Source of the DNA: Carcharhinus longimanus
Taxonomy: Eukaryota
Reading direction: 5' to 3'
Length of the DNA: 54,860 nt
NCBI GenBank assembly: GCA_030264375.1
Contig: JASCQW010000128.1
Span: 17,330,463 to 17,385,322 of the forward strand
Shown one piece after another: positions 24,836-37,949 of this stretch. Below the pieces are notes generated by a model. It made no database searches. It had not been told where the DNA came from and saw nothing but the letters and a program-made list of their open reading frames with translations. The translations under genes were made by a program, and so were the position numbers. Position 1 is the first letter of the stretch, and each line of letters begins with the position of its first letter.

Positions 24836-26329
24836 CAAAGAATACATCCTGAGGTTGTGATATGTATGATAAAAAAGCAAGTCTCTCTTTTTTTTACCAT
24901 TGCAATATTTTTGACCAATATGACACTGGTATCCTGACAATGTAATTGCAGGATCAGTCTGACATAAGGATCAGTCTTAAATTTCACCTATTTCTCTATC
25001 CAAGCAATGTACAATATTAACGCTTTTGTACTGAAGAACAATATGCCTGGCAAGAAAGAGAATAAACTGAAGGATATAACAAGCACTGACCTTTGGATTA
25101 AACCTACGTACACTTACAACAGGAAGCTTTTCAATTCTGAAGATAAACACTGACATTTTATTCTGAAGTACAACACACCAACAATCTCAAGCAGTCAGGA
25201 TGATTATGGTTTAGGACAGCAAGTTTCTTTTCTCTTTTTCCAGTAATTTTCTCCCTTTGTTCAAGGCTCTTTTTCCCCCCCATCATTGATTTTCTCTCAT
25301 CCTCCTTTTGGTGGGCTCCACAGGCAGCCTTCAGTACCACACTGAATATGCCATGTATCAACAAAGACCAATAGTTTCTCAACTTAGAGGCACAATGGCA
25401 TGATTTGACGATCATAACTTGCTCTCTTCAGCAAGAGGGACTGAATGGCAACACACCTTTTTTTGTAGTGTGCGGTCAACTTTAAATCTTTTTGCATGGT
25501 CTCACACATGCAGCCATTTATAGGAGTGCAGTCTCAGATGAGATTAATGGGGGAATTACCGAACCATCTGTGTACTGGTTGCAAATAGTGATGTCACTAC
25601 ATGTAGCCAATAAAATGACAATAGTTTTACCAAGTGGCTGACTTTGAAAACGGATGCCTTTCTTCATAAAATCCTGACACCATAAAATTGATCTGCTAAC
25701 TCAGATAGATAGAAATTCCAGTATGAAACTCAATAGATGTAGCAGTACCATAGGAGAAAATAAGTTAAATCTATTTATTCATGGTAGGAAGCAAAACATA
25801 CTCACTCTTAAAACAAACTGTTAATTGAAGTGCCTCTTTTGTTATATTTGTTAAGCACAGAAATGCTGAACAAATGGGATCTTTTTAAGCTGAACTATGC
25901 CAACAAATTTTCCATTTTCTTTTTAAAACAGGAACCACACTGACTGTGAAATACCCCGAATTTAACTCCGAACTTCTTCCAATTTCTCATCTATTTCTTG
26001 TTTACTATAAATTTAAAATTTAAATTTTAAATTCTCTAAAATTTACATAACTATACTGATGTAATTTGAGCTCTTCCTGTGTTCATTCACGAGTGCATTT
26101 TGATTGCTACTCTCGGTCAGTGTGGGCTCATTAGAAATAGAAATTTCTAATTGCTCAAAGTCTCTTGCCAACCTTCATATCCAGTGCCCCATCTGGGGCT
26201 AACTTCGTCATTCTTATACTTGTCCAAATCACCTCACCCATGTTGATCCTGTGAACTCTGCCACTGGATCAGTTCACATAATCCTTCTAAACAATGTTTA
26301 GAATGTCCCTTAATTTAAGCCCTTTGCCA

Positions 26330-27305
26330 TCCATGAAATTATTAATGATTATTGAATCAATACCATGGGCTTGACAGAAACCTGGCTGAGAAACCTGATG
26401 GCACCATGTCACTTAATGAAGTCTCCCATCTACTAACAGCACCAATACCCTCACGGTGGTGATGTGGAATTAATCACCAGATCACACCTTTGTCTGACAC
26501 CCACCTCCTCTGGAACATCCTCCTCTTCTGAGAATTTCACTTTGATCTATCCCTCCCACCTCTCTTTCAAAATCATCATTTTGTATCACCCTTGCAATTA
26601 CAATAAAACATTTAACAATGCGATATCTTCACTGCCTTTGCACTGAACAAATGCTCATCTCATTCATCTCTAATCATTTCTTTCTATCACTCTTCAACCA
26701 AATCACTCATAACTACACATTTAAAAACCTTGCTACCTCACCATAAGTCTTCTATACGCTACAGCATTTCTGCAGTTCCTCAACCGCACACTCACTTCCA
26801 CTTTTGATGTCTTAGTCTCCAATAACACCATTACTTCCCCTCATTTTCGCCATTTCACTTTGTATGGCTCTCATCCCTGTTCCCTCAAGTCCAAGAGAAA
26901 GAATAAGGCAGACAACTGGTTTATCTATCCACCTTCAGGTTTGGCTGGCGTCATTAAAATTCAGTTAGGTCCTAATGTCATCAACTAAAATTTATCATAA
27001 CCCCCAAACTTCTCATAACCCCCAACTTATTTTTGTAACTGCAAACCATTCTCAAGCTCTTCTCCCTTGTTCACTTCACCCCCACTTCCACCTTTGCCAG
27101 CCCATGGGAAAAGGTCATGTACTTTTTTGTCACCAAGACTGAGACCATCTGATCAGCTGCCTCTGCTGTGTTCCTCCAATCCACTAGACCATTTGGTCTA
27201 ACTTCCCCCTGCCATAGCTCTGAACATGCATCTTTCTCATGGCCTTTATGAGATCATCTTTTCTATGAAATCCACCTCCTGCTTCCTTGATCCTATTCCC
27301 AATAA
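26330..27305 (+). mobile_element. L2-type LINE ORF2 fragment (endonuclease to pre-RT)
   Basis: GLTETWL, HGGDVELI (RGGGVALI-like), IIILYHP, MKSTSCFLDPIP motifs; C/T-rich composition typical of L2. Confidence 0.65.
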
Positions 27306-27439
27306 ACAGCTGATGCCCCAACCTCCCATCCAGGCCCCTGTGAAGGGCTAACATCAAAAGCATGCATGATGCTAATGTAATGGTCAGAACACATCACTGA
27401 GAAGAAATCCAGAAGGAGAAGCTGCTCAACTTCATGTAG

Positions 27440-30050
27440 AGATCCTAATGTGTAAATACTCACTGCAAATAAGTAATATTTTGTGAAAATACAGACTTTA
27501 GCAGAATACACAATCCCCAAAATTCTGACTGCACAATGAAACATTAAGGCAGTGAGTAAAAGACCCAGTGAACTTAAACAGAAGTGCAGGGCTAGCAAGA
27601 AGAGATCCTTGAAGGAAGGACAGAAGAAAACAATTCAAAACTGACCAAGGTGTCAGAACATTGCATGAGCAACAGATGTAAGCTGAGATAGAGACTCGGA
27701 GACCTGACAGAAGTGAGCCCAGACCTGAAGCAAACGTAAGAACGATTCCATGTCTCAGCAGAGGCATGAATTCCATCAATCAATCCCAGAACCATTTCAG
27801 AAAGAATAGGTCAGCACATTACATTATGCAGTAGGATCTGTCACTGACTGCATGATAGGAAGGTAGAAAATTGACAAGATTTCAACTTCATATAAGAGGT
27901 CCTGCAAGTTTTTGACTCTTATTTCAGTGTCTGTCAGAATTCAATAATAGAAAGGGCTAAATTGGCAAAAGCAAGGATTCATCATCAACAATCCCTATAG
28001 GCTGGCAGGGAGCTGTGGTTATGGAATCTTTAAAGTATGAGCTAATTTGCAGTGGGATCATAGTCAGGATCCGAGATGAAGCATCATCAGATCTCTGACA
28101 GACAAGATTTAACACTAGTAAAAGTAGTGCAAATTTTGAGGCAAATTGTGGAACTCAAGAAACCGAATCCTGCATTTGTTCTGAACATAATGGGATGAAA
28201 GCGCACTGGACGCCATTTTGAAATATCTCAGTGTGGCAGGAACAAGTTGCACAAGCGAGAAGAGTGTCCAATAGAAGGAGCAGAGTGCCACAACTGAGGA
28301 AAAGTAGGCCAATTCAAAATTGTTTGTCATTCAAAAAATGCTGATAACCTGTAAAAAGAAAAAAGTAAAAGAGCCTCATACAAGAAGTAGATGAACTGCA
28401 AAGGCCAGGACTTTTTAACTCTGCCACAGTGGGTTTCTTGGAGGCAGTGAGCCATCCAAATCTCAATTTTATTTCGGCGGGACTGGAAGGACCTTCAGTG
28501 GGAGGGACCAGAGAATGCTGTCAAAAGAACTAACCTTTCTGGGGGAGATAAATGATACTGAAAACAAGTATTGGAGTATTAAATTTGAAATGATGAATAG
28601 GTACAGAGTTTCAAACAGATAGTGGTGCAGATATTTCTGTTTTACCAGATGAAGTTAAATGGCTCAAACAGCTTACAATGCAACCCTCATCTATCAAAAT
28701 TTAAAGTTATGGTGGGACAACTTTAAAAGTAAAAGGCCAACTCATGGCAAAGTAGGAATATAAAGACCGAGAAATTATCGAACCTCTCTAGGTCATTCAA
28801 AATCAAGAGTGCTGTCTACCAAGCAGAAGGACTTGCCTAAAATTGAAATTAATCTGTAAAGTGGATGAAGCTGATGAGAATTACAGCAGTACACACTGAC
28901 ACGAATTTCCAACATTGTTTAGGGTCTAAAAAAACAAAACTAATCAAGATCATTTAATAGTAACTGGAATTAGAAGAAGGTGCAGTTAATCCAGATAGCA
29001 ATTCCGTTGAGTTGGCTAGAATTCAGTTGCAGTTGAAACACCTTTGAAGAGAAAACTAAAAGAAGAAATTTAAACTTGAATTCTAATTAGCAAAGAAATA
29101 AAAAGAAAAAAATGAAAGAAGCAGAGACTTTCAAAGAGTGGGGGAAATCAGACAGCATGGACTTATTTAAGACAAGCTTAAGTGGCGGCACGGTGATATA
29201 GCAGTTATCTGGCTTGTGTCTGTCTGTGTGGAGTCTGCAAATTCTCCCCATATCTTCATGGGTTTCCTCCAGGTGCTCCGGTTTCCTCCCACAGTCCAAA
29301 AGATGTGCTGGTTAGGTGTATTGGCCATGCGAAATTCTTCCTCTGTGTACCTGAACAGGCACCGGAGTGTGGCAATTAGGGGATTTTCACAGTAACTTCA
29401 TTGAAATGCTATTGTAAACCTACTTGTGACAGTAATAAATAAACTTTAAAACTTTAACTTATGTTATATGGTTAAAGAGTAGCTGTTCCANNNNNNNNNN
29501 GCACATAGAACCAATTTTCATGCACGAAAGAAAGTTTACCAAGAAAAAACTGGAGTGTCAGTCACAGAGGTAGAACACTTGAATGAGGTGAAATGTCTGA
29601 ATTATAAACAAATTCAAAGAAGACAGATCATTAATTAATAGAGACTTCTGAAACTTGAAGTTCATCAAGTTTTAATCAATGTGAAAAGTGTCTCAAACAG
29701 GAAAAGGAATTGCTAATTAATCAAAATGGTTGGTTGAGTGCAGAACTGAAAACCAAGATGAACAAACTACCGGAACTTCACCATGAAAAAAAACAATGAA
29801 GTTCTTGAACTCTAATACAGTCTGGAAAACAAAAGAGATGAACGTGCAGTGTGGGAGAACAAAGCAAATAGGTTTGAAACTTCAATCCCAAGCATACAGC
29901 ACGGGTTAGAAATGCTGAAGCCTGGGGAAAGAGTATGGTTCTGAAGTCAAGAGAAGAAATGCACAATCATTGAAGAAACTCCGTAATCAAGATCATACAG
30001 GATTTAAACAGACCAGGTATCATAAGGAGAAACCACAATGCTAGAATATC
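27440..30050 (+). mobile_element. Decayed Gypsy/Ty3 LTR retrotransposon internal region (gag, protease, integrase C-terminus)
   Basis: gag IRDE...DLTLVKVVQILR (~28070-28145); zinc knuckle HKREECPIEGAECHN*GKVGQFKIVC (~28250-28330); protease DSGADISVLP (~28618); integrase tail LKPGERVW...SRSYRI...RRN (~29915-30035). Confidence 0.72.
29183..29460 (+). mobile_element. V-SINE with non-HE1 3' tail, inserted in the Gypsy remnant
   Basis: V-core gggtttcctccaggtgctccggtttcctcccacagtccaaa; tail cctacttgtgacagtaataaataaactttaaaacttt. Confidence 0.8.
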
Positions 30051-30314
30051 CTTGGAGAGCATGCCACTAGAAACTTAGGTTTAATTCTATGATTCTACTG
30101 GTGGAGTAGCTCGAGAGGCCAGATGGTCTACTCCTGCTGCTATTTCTTATGTTCCTACCTGTTGCACTTTCCAAGCTTCCCCTTGCCCTTGAATTTCTTC
30201 CACCAGCCTGAAAACTGAAGCCAGGTGGGAAACTGTCCTGAAGAGGTCATTAATTGGCCATATAAGGGCCTCCATTGTGGCATGAGCGGGTGAGGCCAGC
30301 CTAGGCCACGTCCA

Positions 30315-31285
30315 TGTTAGGGAAACAAAGGTATTTTTAAAGGATTTATGTTTGTATTAGTGAACATTGCAAATAAGGTACAGTTTTAAGAGGGTTTAAT
30401 TTTAGTTTTCTGTGGAAGGATAAAAACTTTAGTTAAATTTATGTTAGACATAGGTGTTTTTATGGGTGGGGGTTAGTTAAGTTCAAACTATGACTCTATT
30501 GTGCTTAGAGAGGGTTATGACGTGAAGAGTAAATGAACTAACAGTGGTTTCTTAGCAACTGGGAATCTTGTAAGGTAAAAACACTTTTAAGCTTTAGATT
30601 TAGGTGGATATATTGCAGTTGAGGAAGGACACCATGGAGTCAATATCTTTCAACTCTGCCAGAAGAAAGACTGGACAGGACAGAAGCTGCAAAGAGGCAA
30701 TTTTTCCAAAGAACGAGTTATAATCCAGATCACCAGGGAATCTGGATAGAAAGACTGTTTTAAAACGATTGAAGTTGAGAGAACAGAGACCAAAGCATTG
30801 TTCAAAAGAATTCAAGGAAAGGGAAACAAAGTGGTCTGAGCTCAAAAGACAAATGCAGTAACTAGTGAGAAAGCAGACTTCAGAGGTAAATCAAAAGTTT
30901 GATGTAATTTTAATAGCATCTCAGAATCGAGAGTTTAACAATTGTGAATAATTTGTACAGCAATCAAGACAATGAGATCCTAAAGGAGTGGTGTAAAACC
31001 TGGATACTGGATTTACTGCTAAAAATGGAATAGAATCTTTGTCTAAAACAGCCATTTGGCAAACCTGGATTGGATTTCAGAATTCAAACTGCTAATGGAA
31101 GGCATTATTGGGGAAAGGTGGTTTTAAAGCATTTTTTTTGGGAGTAGAGTTTGGAAACTTTCATGTGATAATCATCTTTTTGAGGGGGGGGGGGGTGCGG
31201 CAGGGGAGGTTCCAGGGAGAAATCCACAAATAGTCATTTGGATTCAAAGCAGAGTGCATGTATTTGATCACAGCAACCTGTGCAC
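30315..31285 (+). mobile_element. LTR-like element
   Basis: Starts TGTTAGGG and has LTR-like composition. Right end and TSD not resolved. Confidence 0.35.
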
Positions 31286-31529
31286 ATGGAGGGACCTTCT
31301 GGCCATGGTCTTTTGAGCCAGGCTTCCATTCTGTGATCTTCCCATCCAGCTATATCAACTGGGATCATTACATCCGCACCACTGTAAAATTGCAGCGAGG
31401 TTGTAGTGGGCAGGATCACTATTAGAAGGTAATTTGTGGAATTTTATAAGACCCCTTACCCACGAGCTCTCCAGTGAGAGTACATAATATTCTGCTCTTG
31501 GTGTTACATTAAATTACACAGTTTCTATA

Positions 31530-31850
31530 GCACACAAACATCCCATTTGGCCCATAGACTATGTTGGTGTTTATCCTCCACATGAGCTTCCTCCTAATCT
31601 ACTTCATCTTAGCCTATCAGTGTACCCTTCTATGCTTTTCTCCCTCATGTCATTATCTAGTTTTACCTTAAATGCAGATATGCTGTTTATCTCAACCACT
31701 CCATATGGTATCAAATTCTGTATTCTAATCAGTGTTTGATAAAGACATTTCTCCCAAATTTCTTATTAGATTTACCAGTGATAATCTTATATTTACAACA
31801 CCTAGTTTTAGATTCCCACCTTCCCTTTATCTACTCTATCAAAGGCCTTC
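31530..31850 (-). mobile_element. Old CR1 3' fragment
   Basis: catttggccc...atctcaaccactccatatggtatcaaattctgtattctaa. Confidence 0.5.
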
Positions 31851-32374
31851 ATAAGGTATTCAGTTCCTACGTGCAAACACTATGGAACAGTGACAGCACA
31901 TTTTCTTTTTTTGCAAGCACAGAATAATTCCTGACCTCAAGAAACTTCAAAACAAAACTGGCTATGTTGCAAGATTATGATGAACTCTAGAAAACTCTCA
32001 ACCAATTATACATTTTAAATAAATAAGGCTGCTTTATCTCAGCAACCTATGTGCTCAAAGATTGAAAGTTGACTTATGCATTGCTCCCTGAAGTACAATC
32101 GGGACATCATTATTTCAACTACTCAACAAAAACTATAAAATGAAGTTCAAAGAAAAGATGTAAACTATCAGAGACTTATTGATAAGATTATTAAGTACTT
32201 GTATCAAATTTATTTTTCAGTGATTTTTGGGGAGTGAGGTTCAGGCTATGGGGCTAAGCCAAGTCATAGAATTGTGCTGCAGTGCACTAGCACATTGCAT
32301 TTTATCTTGCGTTTACATTAATTTTATTGTTTCTGATATTAGAAGTTTTCTTTATTCTATTTTAGTAAACACAA

Positions 32375-32660
32375 TGGCCCTGATACGAATGGAAGCTGGC
32401 AAGTGTGCGAAGGCAACACATAATCAGGTGAAAACCTGGCAAGGTGAGCGCACATGGAGGCCTTGTCTATCTAAATGGCAGGACCTCATTTAAATACCGT
32501 TGAGTGCTTTTCACTCGGCAGCCGGCCAAATTAACAGTCTGGCAACAGGAGAGGAAACTGGTGGCCTTCTATGGAAGCCTCATCAGTGGCCTGATTTCAG
32601 TGCATTAAAACTTGAAGGGCCAGGAATGGCGTCAACTTGCTTAATCCTGACATTTTAAGC
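32375..32660. mobile_element. Non-autonomous DNA transposon (MITE-like) remnant
   Basis: GC-richer island with cctcatttaaata and ggcagccggccaaattaacag motifs, like other MITE-like patches here (30160-30314, 54578-54685). Confidence 0.35.
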
Positions 32661-33300
32661 ACTCCTCCTCACCCTCTCTTGCCTGTTGTGGCATGGTAGG
32701 GCCCAGGTAGGGATTCAAATTGATACCTATAACTCAGGTAAATTATGATCCAAATCCATTTCGATGCTTTACTTTAATATTCAGGTTTGATTTCATTTTT
32801 TCTCATTTTCCTTTAGCCTCAGCTCTACAAACCACTCATTGCCTTTTGCAGCAATTTAGCTGATGAGCCGCTCCCAAGTGCCTGTTGATTCCTCTTTGTA
32901 ACCATTTTCCAGGAGATTTAGTAACTGCGGCTCTAAAGGGAGCAGCATTCTCTCAATACTTCCTCTTATTTAATAGAAGACTTTTCAAGTTCCAATTTTT
33001 GTGCCATATTCAAATTTAAAAAAATATACAATTACACTTATTGACATCTTCTGATTACTTCAATTATTCTTTGGTCCTGATGTTTAACAACAATTCAGTT
33101 TTTGAGTCTCACTATACAAACGTGATCAATATAAAGCCAGACATAAATCTGATCTTGTTCGCAACTACCATTCGGGATAATCAGCGAAACAAACCAACAA
33201 AACAAAGACATTGTCCACGCTCACTTTGCATTATAAAACAACAAGCCACGGCTGGAAACTGAAGAAGTTCTCTGTTTTGTTTGTCTCAAGTTACTCAATG

Positions 33301-33323
33301 CTTACATAAACAATTGACGTCAA
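33301..33323. promoter_or_regulatory. Compact motif cluster: D-box (TTACATAA), forkhead (ATAAACA), full CRE (TTGACGTCAA)
   Basis: cttacataaacaattgacgtcaa lies within a non-repetitive, CpG-retaining region (~33100-33550). Confidence 0.35.
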
Positions 33324-33984
33324 GTTAGCTGTAATCAGGTATGAGAGATTGACTGCACACCAATGCCCTACATGCCGTCATCGAATGGGTGAAAGAGATG
33401 TTTGTTTTTTCACATAAATTACAGTTCATTTATCACAGTATTGAACAAGTTAATCTCTCTGATAAGTAACAATTAGAATCACACTGAATAATGAATGCAC
33501 CAAGAACTTAAATCAATCACAACAAAATAGAACGCGTGGCAAAAGTGCCACTTGGGCAAATTAGAATAGATATTGAAGTTAGAAGCTGGTTCACCTTCTG
33601 AACTGAATAAAATTGACAAATCAGTGATGTTCCAATGGATGATAAGCCTTTTGTCTCTGAGAACATGAAATCAAGGCACAGGAGGAAATTATTAATTCTT
33701 CCTGTTTTACCACAAGTCAAATGGTCGGTTCCTATACACTCAAGTGCAAACAAACAAATTGGAAGTAAAATAATATTCAAGTACATTGATTTAACTATTT
33801 GACAGCTTTTAAATTATGCTTTTTTCAGTAATACATTAGCAGTATTAGTGATTCCTAGTACTCAAACCATCAATAAATAAACAGATTCTTCAGTTTATTT
33901 CATCAATCTTTTCAACAACAACTCTTCAGAGGCCAGATTTCAAACAAAATACTGAAATTTTTACCTGAACATAATCTTGGAAAG

Positions 33985-34180
33985 GAAGTCTTGTGGTACA
34001 AGGGGTAGCATCCCTGCCTCTGAGCCAGAATCTTCAGGTTCAAGTCCAGGACTTGAAAGCCAAGGAAAATGCATTCATAATGTGGCAAAATAGATTGAGC
34101 ATCAATCTGCAAATTGTTCCAAAATATGCTGTTGACAGGCAGTAAGAGCAGGAGAGAATCCTGGTCAGTTTCAAGATGGA
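33985..34180 (+). mobile_element. tRNA-derived SINE 5' part
   Basis: gtggtacaaggggtagcatccctgcctctgagccagaatcttcaggttcaagtcc A/B-box-like head. Confidence 0.55.
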
Positions 34181-34384
34181 AATAAGGGGGGGTGGTGGGA
34201 AAGGGAGATAGTTGTTGGTTGGTTCAATGTTGGCTGGACCAACAGTGTGGATCAGAATTGATGCCACAGCAGAGGTTTTGACCCCTGTTATGGCTTGTGT
34301 GTACACAGCATCTGCCCCCTTACCCTACCCATGGTGGGGATCACAGCACTGAGAGTCAGACCTACCTTTGGAGCACAATTTCCA

Positions 34385-34760
34385 GCAACAACATATATTT
34401 ATGCAGCATCTTAAACTAATAAAAGATTCCAAGGAGCCTCACAGGAGTGTTTACAAAATTTGGAATGCATGTAACTATTAGGACAGATGACCAAAAGCTT
34501 GGTCAAAGAGCTAGATTTTAAGGACTGTTTTCAAGGAGCAGATAGAGGCTAAGGTTTAGGGAGCAAACTCCAGAGTTTAGATCTTCGGCTGTTTAAGACA
34601 TGGTGCCAATGGTGGAATAATGAAAAGCTGGGATGTGCAGAAAACCAGTATTGTAGGAATGTGAGTTCTTAAGGGCATTGTGGGGCTTAGGTAGATTACA
34701 GAGATAGGGAAGAGCAAAGCCATGGAGAGTTTTGAACACAAGAAGAGAATTTTAAAACTG
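34385..34760 (-). mobile_element. L2-type LINE 3' fragment
   Basis: caacaacatatatttatgcagc tail; attaggacagatgaccaaaagcttggtcaaagag. Confidence 0.65.
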
Positions 34761-35796
34761 CCACCACCAACTTAAGTTAAACAACATGGTACTAACTTCT
34801 TCTGACATCTATTCGTAGCCTGCAAATTGGAGTAGTCCATTAAGCTCTACTCTCACAACCAATATTTACATTCACTTGTTTTGCGATCACAGTTAAATAC
34901 TCTGCGAACATTTGCAGGCTGTCCACCTTCTGAGTTTTTAGCCTCCAAGAAAATTTTAGATAACAAAATGAGACATGTCAGTTATAAACACACACATTGT
35001 GCAGTCATGTAATTTGCTCTTATCTCAGGGTTTCGGAATACATTCTGTCCAGACATTAACCAATAATAAGATTTTGGAGTATAATTGCTAACAGATGTTT
35101 ACTCCCTTCATGGGGGCCCTCTAGTGTTTAATTTACAATACATATTATTAGTTTATTACATGAACAGAGTTGTCCTCCCATTTCGCAAAAGACACAGGGT
35201 AACTCATTAGTATGTATTGCCATTACTGGTTCATAGGATTGCAATTACACGACTATCATTTGTGTAAAAGTATTTCTGTCTGTAACAACATGAAAGTTAT
35301 ATTCAATATTAGGGATCAGGCTTCAGATTGGCTCTGGAACAAAGTGCAATATGACCTCTCGGCGGAGGGGATCTCTCTTCATGTAATTCAAAAATAAGGT
35401 CAGCCCTCAAGTTCAGATTATACTGCACCTTCTTGGTGCCAACACCAAGTCATGCCGGGTAAACACAGCGCTTTTGGGATGTCACAAGATTGTTGAAAGT
35501 GCTAGATAAATGCAATTTCTATCAATGTTCTGCCCAATGAAAAATTACTTTTTCCTCATTCTTATGGCAAGAACTACCTCCCTCTCCAAACAATTACTTT
35601 CCTGGCCAATTGACTAATTGTAAATGCACAGAGCCAGCCATGCAAAAAGCAGCTCATCCATTCTCACTCCCTGTGGGAAAGATCTGGTCCTGTGCTCATT
35701 GCCACTTTAGTATGTCATAAAGTCTCAAGTTGCAAAGTGAGCCATGCAGTCAGTCCTTTAATAAACATGCAACAATGATTGTGTGAGGATTGTTCC

Positions 35797-36033
35797 GTGG
35801 GAGCATTGAAGAGAGGCTGCGATTTGCGAGTGGAGAGCTTGTGGGTGAGTACAGCGACTTTTNNNNNNNNNNNNNNNNNNNNNNNNNNNNNNNNNNNNNN
35901 NNNNNNNNNNNNNNNNNNNNNNNNNNNNNNNNNNNNNNNNNNNNNNNNNNNNNNNNNNNNNNTGACGTGATCGGCGCAACTCGTGGGCCGAAGGGCCTGT
36001 TTGTGCTGTAGTGTTCTATGTTCTATGTTCTAT
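35797..36033 (+). mobile_element. Young CR1 LINE whose body is hidden in a 100-N gap
   Basis: CpG-rich 5' segment, gap 35863-35962, then a CpG-intact 3' end ...gggccgaagggcctgtttgtgctgtagt(gttctat)x3. TTCC occurs on both flanks (35793-35796, 36034-36037). Confidence 0.65.
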
Positions 36034-36959
36034 TTCCAAACTTGTGGAGATGGTAAAAAATTTTTGTTTACTTGTGTGGAAAATAATTGTGAATCATACT
36101 GGCTGTTCAACTTTCAACATTAGGAATATTTTATTCTGATAAATTGCTTGGCTCTGGCAAATTATTTTAACAGCCCTTTTTATCACACCACTACCCCCAA
36201 TCACTGAGCTGATCTCAGTGTTTATGAATCACACAGCAACTGCTCATACTAGCTGATCATTGCACCTGTTGGAATACTATGGGATGATAGATTGTGCTGA
36301 TATATAATTCTGACTAGTTTTATTTACAGATAGGGATCACTTATCTTCCCTGAACAGAATCTGATTATCAGCTCCTACAGACTTTGTTTTGAAATAAGCC
36401 TTCACAATGATTTGAAATCTAAAAAAAAATCAAATAGACTGCAATGAAGTGTTAACTACTTCTTACTGTACTTCTGTTATCATAGTTAAATCCTACAGTT
36501 AAAGGTACTAGTATCCATTCCATACTTGTATCTGATATCTAAATTTGCCAGTAAGTTTTTTCAAACTCATGGTAGCCCAACAGTGATCAGATCAATACGC
36601 ATGAGAAAAGCCATACAGCTACTTCAGCTCACCCATCTAAAAAGACCTTATAACAGATCTAGTTCCAAGAGTACACTGGGTCTCTGGAACAGGCTGGCGG
36701 CTGGTGAGATGAATACCTATTCATTGACTTCCTTCAAGCAAGAACTAAACTGGTTTCTGACTTGGATGCAGATGACTTGCATGAAAGGTAGGTTCAGATT
36801 CAGGGCCAGAGTGATCCCCTGAACTCACTGTCATCATCTGGGTGAGAGGGGGGAACAGGACAATTGCTATGAAAATCTGATATTTCCTATCACATTTAGT
36901 TGATCAAGTTCAAATTCAGGTTTGTCTAAATCATTGGAATATCTGGTTGTCAGATCATA

Positions 36960-37260
36960 CTGTATGGAATTTAAATCCCAGAAACAGGCCATTCACCCCA
37001 CCCTGTGACATCTAATTAAATCAACCTAGCCTTCTATTTCTTTCTCCCTTGTGTGTTTATCCAGCTTTCACTCAACACTCCATCCAAAACCAAATTCCAC
37101 ATTCTATCACTCCCTGAATGAAGTAGTTTTGCCTGTATTCCTTATTAAGTTTATTAATACCAATCTTATCTTGATGGCACCTGGTTTTGAAGTCCACACA
37201 AATGAGAATATCTTCTCCAAGTCAACCCTTGCAAACCCCTTCCCATTTTTAAGACATTCT
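36960..37260 (-). mobile_element. Old CR1 3' fragment
   Basis: cagaaacaggccattcaccc...aaattccacattctatcactccctg. Confidence 0.45.
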
Positions 37261-37949
37261 CCCATTTTCACTTAAAATGGTTTTGGTACCAGTTAAAGAT
37301 ATGTTTTGCACAGGCCTTCTTATCATTGAATATATTGAACCTTGTGTTGGCAGTAGTGATCTACAACTGGATCTAGAGTACCACCTCACATATCCCCACA
37401 ATATGTAACACTGTGATTATATTGTTCTACATATTGTTACTAGTCCCTCAGTCTCTCACTATGATGGAATCTAGATTCATCTCATCATCTCACACTCCAG
37501 CTTATTCTTTACTGACCTCCCTCAGTCTTTCCTTCACCTTTCCAACAGTACAACAGTACTACACTTCAAAAAGTACTTCCCTCTCTGCAAGGCAATTTCA
37601 GATGCCCTGAGATTATGAAAGGCTACAACAAACATTTAAAATCCAAACTAGATGCCAACTAACCAATATATCCTCAGCACCTCACCTCCTCTTTTCAACT
37701 TTAGTGATATTTTGCATTGTTGGGCTTTCACGCTTCATATCAGATTATCAGGTAACAAAAAAATCAAAATCAGAGAACATTTTTCATTCTCCTTGAATGT
37801 TAGCAATTTACAAAGTAAAGCAATTTTCTTATCCTGTTAACAGAACCACAAAAAACCTGCAAGAGCAATCATGGGAAAAGAAAGAAGGGTTTGGATACTA
37901 ACCTTCACAGCAGAGTTTCAGAGCTGAATTAATGAAAGGCCTTTCTTAC

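Noticed and set aside
25158-25415. 85-aa minus-strand ORF in unique-looking DNA
   Set aside because: No recognisable protein and no convincing splice-site pair.
33219-33235. Minus-strand ATGCAAA|gtgagc
   Set aside because: Phase 1 and a weaker donor; inconsistent with the phase-0 set and easily chance.
34317-34340. Perfect Kozak CCACCATGG-GTAGG|gtaagg (MGR, phase 0, minus strand)
   Set aside because: Sits between a SINE head and an L2 tail in what looks like SINE-derived sequence, with no CpG or promoter context. Worth revisiting only if junction reads appear.
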